A stretch of DNA of 32,000 nt from Candidatus Altimarinota bacterium (GCA_041659405.1 JBAZYK010000003.1:1-32000); one strand, 5' to 3'; positions 8,503 to 17,285 are shown, counted from the first letter of the stretch. Notes: a model not told the origin generated them from the sequence alone. Program-made: numbers and translations.

Positions 8503-9464
8503 AGATCCCAACAGATCTCTCTCAAAAAATTTTGCAGCTGATTCAAGCCGCAAAATCGATCGTGATAATTTCGCACCGTAATCCGGATGCCGATACAATT
8601 GGCAGCAATTTAGCCCTGCGTGAAACCCTGGAAAAATACGGCAAAAAGGTCTTTTCCGCCTGTGTTGATCCAATCGACAACAAAAATTTCAAGCTGGTTT
8701 CTGACAATCTTTACCAAACTCAGCTTGATCTGATTATTTGCGTTGATGCCGGCTCTAAAAGCCAACTCGCCTTTCCGCAAGATTATCCTGAAATCTTTTC
8801 CGGACGATTTCCTGTGATCAACATCGATCACCATGCCTCAAATGAAGGTTATGGAACCGTTAACCTGATTTTTCCGGATGCCGCTTCCACAACCCTGATT
8901 GTTCACCATCTGCTAAAATCCTGGAACGAAGCAATCACTCCAAAAATGGCAACAATGCTCCTTTATGGTCTGTATTTTGATACCGGCAGCTTTATGCATT
9001 CCAATACCAATGATGACGTTTACGAAACCGCCGCCGATCTTTTAAACCTGGGAGCCGATTTTAACGCCATTGTTAAAGATGTTTTCAAGACTCATTCCAT
9101 TGAAAAACTCAAACTTTGGGGCAAAATTTTAAGCGATGTCCAGATGACTCCCAACAAAATCGTGGTAAGTGGCGTAAAAGAAGCCGATTTAAAGAAAAAT
9201 AACGCCACAATTGCCGATGTCAGCGGAGCCATTGATTACCTAAGTATGGCAAGTGGCAACGCTTTTGCCACCATTTTAAGTGAAGATGGCAAAGGTAACA
9301 TCCGTGGTTCATTACGCACCAAAGACAACGAAATCAATCTTTCCGAAATTGCCGGTTTACTGGGAGGAGGAGGCCATAAAAAGGCTTCCGGCTTTACCAT
9401 TGCCGGTCAGCTCAAAAAAGAAATTCACTGGTCTATTAAAACCACAGAAAGCAGCCAAGAATAA
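8499..9464 (+). CDS. DHH/DHHA1 phosphoesterase, NrnA-like (oligoribonuclease/pAp phosphatase type)
   Basis: IVIISHRNPDADTIGSNLALRE, ICVDAGS, VINIDHHASNEGYG, LLYGLYFDTGSFMHSNT, LLGGGGHKKASGFTI. TTG start overlaps the ferredoxin stop (TTGA). Confidence 0.9.
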   Translation: MKIPTDLSQKILQLIQAAKSIVIISHRNPDADTIGSNLALRETLEKYGKKVFSACVDPIDNKNFKLVSDNLYQTQLDLIICVDAGSKSQLAFPQDYPEIFSGRFPVINIDHHASNEGYGTVNLIFPDAASTTLIVHHLLKSWNEAITPKMATMLLYGLYFDTGSFMHSNTNDDVYETAADLLNLGADFNAIVKDVFKTHSIEKLKLWGKILSDVQMTPNKIVVSGVKEADLKKNNATIADVSGAIDYLSMASGNAFATILSEDGKGNIRGSLRTKDNEINLSEIAGLLGGGGHKKASGFTIAGQLKKEIHWSIKTTESSQE

Positions 9465-9528
9465 CATTGCTTTCAAAACGTTGATTTGATAACATTCATA
9501 TCCGCTCAACCAATAGCATTTTACCCAT

Positions 9529-10524
9529 ATGGCCAACATCAGCCGCATCAAAAAAAGGGATGGTCGAATCGACGAATTTGACCAAAATAAAATCACCGAA
9601 GCCATTTACAGGGCTGCACAAAGCGTTGGCGGAACAGATCACGGTACTGCCGAGAAAATTGGCAATCAGGTAACTGCCTTTTTGGAAGTTTTCTTTAAAG
9701 ACCCCGAAAAAATTCCTACCGTTGAACAAATCCAGGATCTGGTTGAAAAGATTTTAATCGAAAATGGCCACGCCAAGACCGCCAAGGCTTATATTTTATA
9801 CCGTGAAAAACACAATAAGTTACGTGAACTTTTAAGCAGAATTAACTATACCGAAACCCGCAAAGCCGGTCGCCTAAACGAAAAACAAATCCAAAACTCC
9901 ACCGATTTCACACTTATAAACATCACAACCGAACCGGAAAGTGTAGTTGAAGCCTTAAGAAAAACATTGCCCACAAGCCAAAAACAGGTAGCAATCAATT
10001 TTTCCTCGCTTGAAACCGCCAAAAACACTCCGGACCTTTTAACTTATTTAAAGATTTTTGATGGATTTGGGGCAATTGCTTCATCCGCAAATTCCGCGAC
10101 AGACACAACGCAGGGCAATGCGCAAAACGCGCAAGGCAAAAAAATCACGGCAATTTTAAATATCGATCATCCGGCAATTTTAGAACTTATCAAACTCCAA
10201 TCCGGTGATCAGAAAATTGAAAATTTAACGATTTTAATTGGAATCACACCGGAATTCATTGAAGCCGTAAAAAATGATGGCCAATTCGACCTCAAAAATC
10301 CGCAAACCGGTGAGAAAATCGAAACAATCAACGCACGCCAAATTATTGAACTGATCATCGACGAAAAAGAGAAAAATAACAGCCTGGGCTTAATGTTTTT
10401 TAGCGAAACCGAAAAGCCGGAAGAAATCATGAAAGAGCTCAAAGCAATCCAGGATCAAAACTTGGACGAAAACGACCACCGTATTGAAGAAATAATCCCA
10501 CCTCCAATCCAGGCCATGATTTAA
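9529..10524 (+). CDS. ATP-cone protein fused to a truncated, cysteine-free ribonucleotide reductase (class II-like) large-subunit segment
   Basis: ATP-cone: SRIKKRDGRIDEFDQNKITEAIYRAAQSVGG...HAKTAKAYILYREKH. RNR-like: VAINFSSL, ILNIDHPAILELIKLQSGDQKIENLTILIGITPEFIEAVKNDGQFDLKNPQTGEKIETINARQIIELI...LGLMFFSE. No Cys in 331 aa. Confidence 0.75.
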   Translation: MANISRIKKRDGRIDEFDQNKITEAIYRAAQSVGGTDHGTAEKIGNQVTAFLEVFFKDPEKIPTVEQIQDLVEKILIENGHAKTAKAYILYREKHNKLRELLSRINYTETRKAGRLNEKQIQNSTDFTLINITTEPESVVEALRKTLPTSQKQVAINFSSLETAKNTPDLLTYLKIFDGFGAIASSANSATDTTQGNAQNAQGKKITAILNIDHPAILELIKLQSGDQKIENLTILIGITPEFIEAVKNDGQFDLKNPQTGEKIETINARQIIELIIDEKEKNNSLGLMFFSETEKPEEIMKELKAIQDQNLDENDHRIEEIIPPPIQAMI

Positions 10525-10528
10525 TTTT

Positions 10529-12967
10529 ATGCTGAAACACTACAACCTATACCGGCATTCAATGCTGCCAAAATTGGCTGTCTTTTTAAGAGAAAGCGGC
10601 CCGGATTCGGCCGATGACGCAGCAAAAGCATTTGAAAAATTGAAAGAAACCGGAATTGCCGGTTTGGATCAAGGGAAACAAACTGCCGGAAGGCTAAAAA
10701 ATATCGAGGATATAGCTGAAGGAATTCAAGGAAAATTAGCAGACTCAGCAAAGGTAATCAGTCCTAAAGAACACAAGGAATTTGTTAAAGCTTTTGAAAA
10801 ACTTAGCGGACAGGAAGATGTAAAGGCAGAAGATCTTCGATCACTTGATCGCGAAATTACCGAAGTTACAAATAAAAGTCAGGGGTTTAGAGAAGCCATA
10901 AAATCAACACTTAAAGAAGTTTCGGATGTTTCTGATAACGATCTAAATAAGGAACTAAAGGAATTTGATCAGCTGGATTTGAAAGGGAAAGCGGCTTATG
11001 TAAAAGAAGTAGAGGCTAAATTAGAAAAACTTCAGGGCTTTTTAAACAACCTTAAAGGTAAAGTAAAATTAAATCCAAAAGGTATTGAAGCCACTTTTGA
11101 AGAATTAGCAGAAAAAAACGAACTATTCCTGAAATATCACGCCATACTTGAAAAAAATAAAGAATTTATTGGTAGTGATGATATTATTGCGGAATTTGAC
11201 CTGTGGTTCTGTTTGCGGCCAACCATAGCCGACCAAAAACAGGGCATGAAAGATTTTGAGGCTACCCAATTAAAACCAAGAAAGGAAGCTGTGGCAAAAT
11301 TCGGAGAATTTGATCGGGCAAGACAACAAAAATGTCCGGAATTTAAAAAAGTCGGTTTAACTGAGAAAGAGGCAATCTTAATGAAAATGGAACTTGAAAT
11401 GGACAAGGAATTTCATGCAAACTTAAATAATTGCAACGATGTTTCCGAAGATACAAGAATTTTACTACGTGCAGAATATGACAAACCAGATCGCGCCATA
11501 AAAAGCCGTGAAGGCTTTATTGTAATGCTTCAAAGTTACCTGAAAACAGAAGCCGCCCTTAGTGCCAATTATGAAGCACTACCGGCAAAAACCAGAGCAA
11601 GGCTTGAAAAGAATTTTGATAAAACTTACGACACAATTATCAAGCCGGGGATGGATTCAAAAGGCCTAAAGGCCCAACATCGCAGCAAGCCCAAAGCTTT
11701 TGCACAACTAACCAGTGATGAAAAAGCGATTCTTCTAAAACATGTGGAAGACAACAAAGATAAAATCGATGCCGAAAATAATCTGGAAGAAAACCTTCAG
11801 GGCGCTTATGACAAAAAAATAGAGGAAGCCATGAATCATAAACCTCATCCTGTTTTATCTGCAAAAACAGGAAAAGAGTTCAAAGCCTGGTTCAGACAAC
11901 AATTGCTTGAAGATGAAACTCCCGACAAAATTACAGCACAAGATCATATCAAAAATTTTGAAAAAACTTCAGAATACGCCAAACGAGAAAGACAAATTAC
12001 AGAATTTGAGGGTCTTATTCAGGAAAAAGTTGCCAGTAATAAAATAACACCGGAAACCAGATTGGCACTTGCAAAAGAATTTGATGGGCCAGATTCGGGC
12101 TTCAGGATCAGAAAAGCTATTATCGACGGGTTAAGAGGCAATGAAATAACCGGAAAACTCGGTGAAAATGCCACGGCAGTTCAACAACTTAGATTGAAAG
12201 CCGCTTTTGAAGAAGCTAATGGAAAATTCGAAAATGCCTATAAACTTTATGAAGCAGTTTTATTGATGAATGAAGGTGATGAAATGGCTAAAAAAGAGCT
12301 TCAGAGATTACAAAAACTTATGCCGGGAATCGCCACCCCAAAAGAAACTTCACCCGACATCTCTCCCGAAGAAGACCAATTACTAGATATGATTATTGAC
12401 GAAGCGCTGAATCGATCTTCAGTCAAAGAAGCCAGAGATAAAACCGCCATTATGGAACAAATGGCCGATTTACAAGTTAGAGCCGATCAAATAAACGCAT
12501 CCCCAACCAGCAGAGACAAGCTTCGCCTTAAAGATTCCAGAGACAAAGATATTGACGAACGCCTCCAAGACCACACCGATGGAAAGAAGATGCTGACCAA
12601 AGAAGGTACAGCAAGAAAAAAACAAACAATTAATGTTGAACGTCTTGAACACGCAACCAGTTCTGACTCCTCACTTTTAGATTTCAAGAAATTTTTGACT
12701 CAGGCTCAGGGAGATCAAAACAGAAAGTTAGAAGGACAAGATTTCGTAGAATTCAAAAGCGAACAGGCAGGAGGCCACGTTACTGGCGAAGTTGCCAAAA
12801 ACAAAGCTGACCGATTGGAAGCGCAAACAAAAGCAGCTTTAGGTGAAATCGTTGGAAGAATGGTAGCAGAAAGAACCGGCGGCCAATTAAACCCAAAAAT
12901 GCAGGTAGCTATCAAAGCAAAATTGGCAAAAAAAGATATCGGAGTAAAATTCCAAGTTTACAATTAA
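10529..12967 (+). CDS. Large hypothetical, mostly helical protein with a TPR-like segment
   Basis: 812 aa; E/K-rich helical composition; segment LKAAFEEANGKFENAYKLYEAVLLMNEGDEMAKKEL looks TPR-like; begins 4 bp after the preceding stop. Confidence 0.75.
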   Translation: MLKHYNLYRHSMLPKLAVFLRESGPDSADDAAKAFEKLKETGIAGLDQGKQTAGRLKNIEDIAEGIQGKLADSAKVISPKEHKEFVKAFEKLSGQEDVKAEDLRSLDREITEVTNKSQGFREAIKSTLKEVSDVSDNDLNKELKEFDQLDLKGKAAYVKEVEAKLEKLQGFLNNLKGKVKLNPKGIEATFEELAEKNELFLKYHAILEKNKEFIGSDDIIAEFDLWFCLRPTIADQKQGMKDFEATQLKPRKEAVAKFGEFDRARQQKCPEFKKVGLTEKEAILMKMELEMDKEFHANLNNCNDVSEDTRILLRAEYDKPDRAIKSREGFIVMLQSYLKTEAALSANYEALPAKTRARLEKNFDKTYDTIIKPGMDSKGLKAQHRSKPKAFAQLTSDEKAILLKHVEDNKDKIDAENNLEENLQGAYDKKIEEAMNHKPHPVLSAKTGKEFKAWFRQQLLEDETPDKITAQDHIKNFEKTSEYAKRERQITEFEGLIQEKVASNKITPETRLALAKEFDGPDSGFRIRKAIIDGLRGNEITGKLGENATAVQQLRLKAAFEEANGKFENAYKLYEAVLLMNEGDEMAKKELQRLQKLMPGIATPKETSPDISPEEDQLLDMIIDEALNRSSVKEARDKTAIMEQMADLQVRADQINASPTSRDKLRLKDSRDKDIDERLQDHTDGKKMLTKEGTARKKQTINVERLEHATSSDSSLLDFKKFLTQAQGDQNRKLEGQDFVEFKSEQAGGHVTGEVAKNKADRLEAQTKAALGEIVGRMVAERTGGQLNPKMQVAIKAKLAKKDIGVKFQVYN

Positions 12968-13004
12968 ACGAACATTTCAAGATATTTACAATTAAGTGTA
13001 AGAT

Positions 13005-13053
13005 AGCGATTGGAGCTCGCTCCCACTCGCATTTTGTGAGCAACAGTATCGCT
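13005..13053 (+). other. Compact potential RNA structure or operator in intergenic DNA
   Basis: AGCGAT (13005-13010) can pair with ATCGCT (13048-13053), enclosing GGAG-CTCG-CTCC and CTCGC-ATTTT-GTGAG; an alternative hairpin pairs GCGA...GGAGC with GCTCC...TCGC. Confidence 0.35.
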
Positions 13054-13060
13054 TTATAAT
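13034..13060 (+). promoter_or_regulatory. Putative promoter immediately upstream of the methyltransferase
   Basis: TTGTGA (13034-13039), 15-nt spacer, TATAAT (13055-13060); ATG at 13068. Confidence 0.4.
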
Positions 13061-13067
13061 CTTTTCC

Positions 13068-13703
13068 ATGCCTGACCAAAAACCTAAACAAAATCGAATC
13101 AAACTGTCCGCACTCTTTGATTTTTTCCTGATGACCGTATTGATTGGATCACTTTTATTGGTGCTCTACATCATGCCACATGACAGCTTTAATTTTTGGT
13201 GGGTTTTGATCTTTTTAATTATCCTTGTCCCAACTTTACGTGCGCTTGTTAATGGAGCACCCTTTGTGCCAACACCGCTTGCCCGTGCCAGAAAAATAGC
13301 CGCACTCGCAAAGATCAAACCAGGTGAAAAAGTTTATGATATTGGCTGCGGAGATGGTCGCATGGTTTATTTTGCCGCCAACGAATTTGGCGCAAATGCC
13401 ATTGGTTTAGAGCTTTCCCCTCTTGTTTATGTCCTTGCACGAGTTCGCAAATTTTTCTGGAAATCAAAAGCCAAAATTATTTTCCGCGATTTCCACTTTT
13501 ATAACTTAAAAGATGCAGACGTTATTCTTTGCTATTTGATGCCCGAAACTTTGGCCAAACTGCAAAGCAAACTGGAAAAAGAGCTCAAACCGGGCGCCCG
13601 CGTAGTTTCTTACGCTTTTCAAATCGGGAACTGGAAAGAAACACATCATGAACTAAAAGATCCGGCCAATAATTTGGCTTCAATCTGGGTTTATAAGAGA
13701 TAA
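13068..13703 (+). CDS. Class I SAM-dependent methyltransferase with N-terminal TM segments (FAM173-like architecture)
   Basis: Hydrophobic N-terminus; KIKPGEKVYDIGCGDGRMVYFAANEFGANAIGLELSPLVYVLARVR; VILCYLMPETLAKL; LKPGARVVSYAF. Confidence 0.8.
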   Translation: MPDQKPKQNRIKLSALFDFFLMTVLIGSLLLVLYIMPHDSFNFWWVLIFLIILVPTLRALVNGAPFVPTPLARARKIAALAKIKPGEKVYDIGCGDGRMVYFAANEFGANAIGLELSPLVYVLARVRKFFWKSKAKIIFRDFHFYNLKDADVILCYLMPETLAKLQSKLEKELKPGARVVSYAFQIGNWKETHHELKDPANNLASIWVYKR

Positions 13704-13759
13704 ACACAAATCTTAAATCATATCTCCAGCATCCAGAGTCCTACTTCCTGTTTCCTTCT

Positions 13760-15142
13760 TCACACCTGCACCGAAGCAAACCAAAATGCGGCAACAAAAT
13801 GCACGCCATTTAAAAGTATCTTCAAAAAAATCCAGGTCATAGCGGTAAATGGAAAAGCCAAAAGCGGAGAAATAAAAGAAATCATCAACGCCAAAAAACT
13901 GACCAGCATTATCAAAGGAATCAGCGGCAGAAACAGGATATTGGCAATCGGCGCAATAATGGAAAAACGGCCAAAATAATACAAAATCAGCGGCGTGGTA
14001 AAAACCTGAGCCGCCAAGGTGATCAACAATCCTTCCCGTAAAAATTCAGGCATTTTGGGGAATAAATTCATATTTTCGACCAACGGCATCAACAAAACCA
14101 GCCCCAAAGTCGCCAAAAAAGAAAGTTCAAACGAAAGATCAAAAGCCAGGACGTATGGATTCAAAAAAGTCATCAAAAACGCACTCAACAAAAGGTTAAT
14201 AATCGCCTGCCCTTTGCGACCATTGGCAATCGACAAAATCACAAAAAAGCCCATCCAGGCGGCCCGAATCACGCTTCCGGAAAATCCTGTAAACAGCAAA
14301 AACAAGGTAATTCCGCAAAGCATTCCAAAAAAACGCGCGCGCCTTCCCGCCCCCACAAAACAAAATCCAAAAATCGTAATCATCAAATTAATATTATAGC
14401 CGGAAATGGCTAAAACATGCGTCAATCCTGCCCGATTAAAATCATCCAAAATTGATTTCGGAATGCTGGTTCTAATACCCATTAAAAGTCCTGCAACCAA
14501 ACTCGCTTCCGGTTCGGTAAAAATAACGTTTATCTGATTACTGAGCCACCCTTTTAAAGTAAAAACCATCTTCCAAAAAGGATCGCCACTCCCCACACGC
14601 AAAAACTGAATTCTGGGCGCATAAATTACCGCATAGATGTCCTGTTCCGCTAACTGCTGCGGATAAAAACTTCCTTCAAAACTGGGCGGCGAACGGATTT
14701 GTCCTTGAATTTGCAAATAATCTCCAAAATGGAATTCCGGAAAACGATCTGTTTTAACCAGAATTTTCCCCTGAATTTCCCGCCAATTATTATTCCAAAA
14801 AAGTTTCACGACAGTCAGCGAAAAAGACTGTTGATCGCCCTGCACTCGAATTTCGTTGGAAATAAAACCTTCAAATTTAACATTCACATTTAAATCTTTA
14901 TAAAATCCCAAATCACCAACCGCAAAATGTGGAATCGCCAACGCAAAACGAAAATATCCAAAAAACAAAGTAAAAACCACCACCAGTAAATATCGCCAGG
15001 AAAATTGAAATCGCCAAACGCAAAACAAACCACCTAAAACCACGCACAAGCCAATCAACATCCACCACAAGCCAAAACTCGCCAACAGTACGCCAATCAA
15101 AAAACTTACCATCCCAATAATAAGACTCCAGAATTTACTCAC
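13760..15142 (-). CDS. comEC: ComEC/Rec2-family DNA uptake channel (competence + DUF4131 regions only)
   Basis: LVAGLLMGIRTSIPKSILDDFNRAGLTHVLAISGYNINLMI, GFSGSVIRAAWMGFF, LAFDLSFELSFLATLGLVLLMP; ends after the TM bundle with no metallo-beta-lactamase domain. Confidence 0.88.
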   Translation of the reverse strand: MSKFWSLIIGMVSFLIGVLLASFGLWWMLIGLCVVLGGLFCVWRFQFSWRYLLVVVFTLFFGYFRFALAIPHFAVGDLGFYKDLNVNVKFEGFISNEIRVQGDQQSFSLTVVKLFWNNNWREIQGKILVKTDRFPEFHFGDYLQIQGQIRSPPSFEGSFYPQQLAEQDIYAVIYAPRIQFLRVGSGDPFWKMVFTLKGWLSNQINVIFTEPEASLVAGLLMGIRTSIPKSILDDFNRAGLTHVLAISGYNINLMITIFGFCFVGAGRRARFFGMLCGITLFLLFTGFSGSVIRAAWMGFFVILSIANGRKGQAIINLLLSAFLMTFLNPYVLAFDLSFELSFLATLGLVLLMPLVENMNLFPKMPEFLREGLLITLAAQVFTTPLILYYFGRFSIIAPIANILFLPLIPLIMLVSFLALMISFISPLLAFPFTAMTWIFLKILLNGVHFVAAFWFASVQV

Positions 15143-15266
15143 AAAAAAACTTAAGATCTAAAAATTTATCTAAATTTCCAGACCAACATAAACTTTTGAA
15201 ATGAAAAAAATCTAAAAAATTCCTAAAAAAATTGCTTTTCCAACGTAAAAAATTCCCACAAAAAAC

Positions 15267-15294
15267 TTGCAAATGCCCGGCTATTTGCTAACTT
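15267..15294 (+). promoter_or_regulatory. Putative aguB promoter with an embedded inverted repeat
   Basis: TTGCAA (15267-15272), 16-nt spacer, TAACTT (15289-15294); inverted repeat GCAAAT-GCCCGGCT-ATTTGC at 15269-15288. Confidence 0.4.
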
Positions 15295-15341
15295 GATCCT
15301 TGTGTCATTTCAAACCAATTCTCCTTAAATATTCATTTTCC

Positions 15342-16199
15342 ATGAGCAGAAAAGTCACACTTGGTCTTATCCAAATGCATTCGGTCGATGATGTCTCCAA
15401 AAACCTTAAAAAAGGGCTTGAAAACATCAAAAAATCCGCAGATCAGGGAGCCCAAATCATCGCTCTTCCGGAACTTTTTGTTGGTCCATATTTTTGCCAA
15501 ACACATGAAAAAAAATTCTTTGATCTTGCTGAACCGTTTGAAGGCCCAACCGTAGAAGCACTTTGCAAAATTGCCCGACAAACTAAAACTGTAATCATCA
15601 CCTCAATTTACGAAAAAACCGCCAATAAGAAATTTTACAATACCGCCGTTGTGATTGATGTGGACGGCAAAATTGTCGGTAAATACCGCAAAATTCACAT
15701 TCCCAACGATCCCGAACATGGCTACGATGAAGCTTATTATTTTGCTCCCGGTGATTTGGGAGTTGGCGTTTTTCAAACCAAATACGCCAAAGTCGCTCCA
15801 CAAATCTGCTACGACCAATGGTTTCCGGAAGGTGCCAGAGCCGCGGGATTAAAAGGCGCGGAAATTTTATTTTTCCCAACCGCAATCGGCTGGCCAACTT
15901 CACAACACGATAAATGGCTAAATAAAGCCGAAAACTCCATGTGGCAAACCACGCAAATCAGCCACGGCATAGATAACAACTGTTTTGTGGCTTCCATCAA
16001 TCGCGTCAAACTTGAAAATAACCTCGATTTTTGGGGCAGTTCTTTTGTGAGTGACCCATATGGTCAAATTATTAAGAAAGCCCCTACAAACAAAGAAATG
16101 AACCTTGTGGTGACTTGTGATCTTGATTTGATTCAACAAAAAACCAAAGATTGGCCTTTTCATAGTGACTATCAAAAAGTAACCACTAAAATTAAATAA
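15342..16199 (+). CDS. aguB: N-carbamoylputrescine amidase (nitrilase superfamily); ORF open from 15300
   Basis: VTLGLIQMHSVDDVSKNL, IIALPELFVGPYFC, GKYRKIHIPNDPEHGYDEAYYFAPG, KVAPQICYDQWFPEGARAAGLKGAEILFFPTAIGW; E-K-C catalytic residues are present. Confidence 0.93.
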   Translation: MSRKVTLGLIQMHSVDDVSKNLKKGLENIKKSADQGAQIIALPELFVGPYFCQTHEKKFFDLAEPFEGPTVEALCKIARQTKTVIITSIYEKTANKKFYNTAVVIDVDGKIVGKYRKIHIPNDPEHGYDEAYYFAPGDLGVGVFQTKYAKVAPQICYDQWFPEGARAAGLKGAEILFFPTAIGWPTSQHDKWLNKAENSMWQTTQISHGIDNNCFVASINRVKLENNLDFWGSSFVSDPYGQIIKKAPTNKEMNLVVTCDLDLIQQKTKDWPFHSDYQKVTTKIK

Positions 16200-16202
16200 C
16201 AG

Positions 16203-17285
16203 ATGACCTACTTAATGCCCGCAGAATGGGAAAAACATGAAGGAACCTGGCTTGCCTGGCCTCATAATCAAAGTCATTGGCCCGGCAAATTTGAACCAAT
16301 TCCTTTAATTTTTGCCGAAATTGTCCGCACGCTTGCCGAAAGCGAAAAGGTTTTCATCTGCGTGAATGATCAAAAAATGGAAGATTCCGCCCGTGAAATT
16401 TTGACCAAAGCCAGCCTGGAAAAAACTGTAGCGCCAAACGACAACCCGACCAACACCGCAGCAAAAAGCGCCAATACCAACCTAATGGCCAACGTTTTTT
16501 TTCATCAAATTCCAACTGATTCTTCCTGGGCGCGAGACATTGGCCCCATTTTTGTTCGTGATCTTGAAACCAATAAATTAATTATCACCGACTGGGTTTT
16601 TAACGCCTGGGGCAACAAATACAAACCATATAATCAGGATAACGTTGTTCCACAAATCATCGGCGAAATGTTCAGCATCCCGGTCATTGAACCGGGAATT
16701 GTTTTAGAAGGAGGATCAATCGACGTGAACGGAAAAGGCACGCTCCTTACCACCGAACAATGTCTGCTAAATAAAAATCGTAATCCAAATTTAAATCGCA
16801 CCGCCATTGAAGGTTATCTAAAAAAATACCTAGGGGTCACAAACGTTTTATGGCTTAAAGAAGGAATTATTGGCGACGACACCGACGGCCACATCGACGA
16901 CATTGGCCGCTTTGTAAATCCAACAACTGTTGTCTGCGCACTGGAAGAAAATCCCCAAGATGAAAATTACAAAATTCTGCAAACCTGCTTTCAGGATCTG
17001 CAAAAAATGAAAGATCAGGATGGCAATCCATTAAAAGTTATTGCTTTGCCAATGCCAAATCCTGTTATTCATGAAGGCCAAAGGTTGCCCGCAAGTTACG
17101 CCAACTTTTACATCGCCAACAAAGTTGTCATCGTTCCAACTTTCAAATGTCCCCAAGATGAAAAAGCCTTAAGCATTTTAAAAAATCTTTTTCCGGACCG
17201 AAAAATTATTGGCATCGACTGCACTGATCTTATTTGGGGCCTTGGGACGTTTCACTGCTCCACTCAACAACAACCAATCGCTTAA
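16203..17285 (+). CDS. aguA: Agmatine deiminase
   Basis: MPAEWEKHEGTWLAWPHNQSHWPG, WARDIGPIFV, VLEGGSIDVNGKGTLLTTEQCLLNKNRNPNLN, GIIGDDTDGHIDDIGRFV, LGTFHCSTQQQPIA with catalytic Cys. Confidence 0.96.
   Translation: MTYLMPAEWEKHEGTWLAWPHNQSHWPGKFEPIPLIFAEIVRTLAESEKVFICVNDQKMEDSAREILTKASLEKTVAPNDNPTNTAAKSANTNLMANVFFHQIPTDSSWARDIGPIFVRDLETNKLIITDWVFNAWGNKYKPYNQDNVVPQIIGEMFSIPVIEPGIVLEGGSIDVNGKGTLLTTEQCLLNKNRNPNLNRTAIEGYLKKYLGVTNVLWLKEGIIGDDTDGHIDDIGRFVNPTTVVCALEENPQDENYKILQTCFQDLQKMKDQDGNPLKVIALPMPNPVIHEGQRLPASYANFYIANKVVIVPTFKCPQDEKALSILKNLFPDRKIIGIDCTDLIWGLGTFHCSTQQQPIA

Noticed and set aside
8499-8504. Possible TGA recoding (as in some Patescibacteria such as Gracilibacteria)
   Set aside because: TGA behaves as a stop at the end of the ferredoxin, with the next gene starting at the overlapping TTG, and long ORFs in the window show no need for in-frame TGA.
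11137-12915. Several minus-strand ORFs (60-89 aa) inside the 812-aa gene
   Set aside because: Ser/Phe/Leu-rich translations typical of antisense frames opposite a K/E/A-rich coding region.
14019-14399. 126-aa plus-strand ORF inside comEC
   Set aside because: Antisense to conserved ComEC motifs; basic, low-information translation typical of a shadow ORF.
15598-16175. Minus-strand ORFs of 71-101 aa inside aguB, and 17384-18051 minus ORFs inside the decarboxylase gene
   Set aside because: The sense strand encodes enzymes with intact motifs; these are shadow frames.
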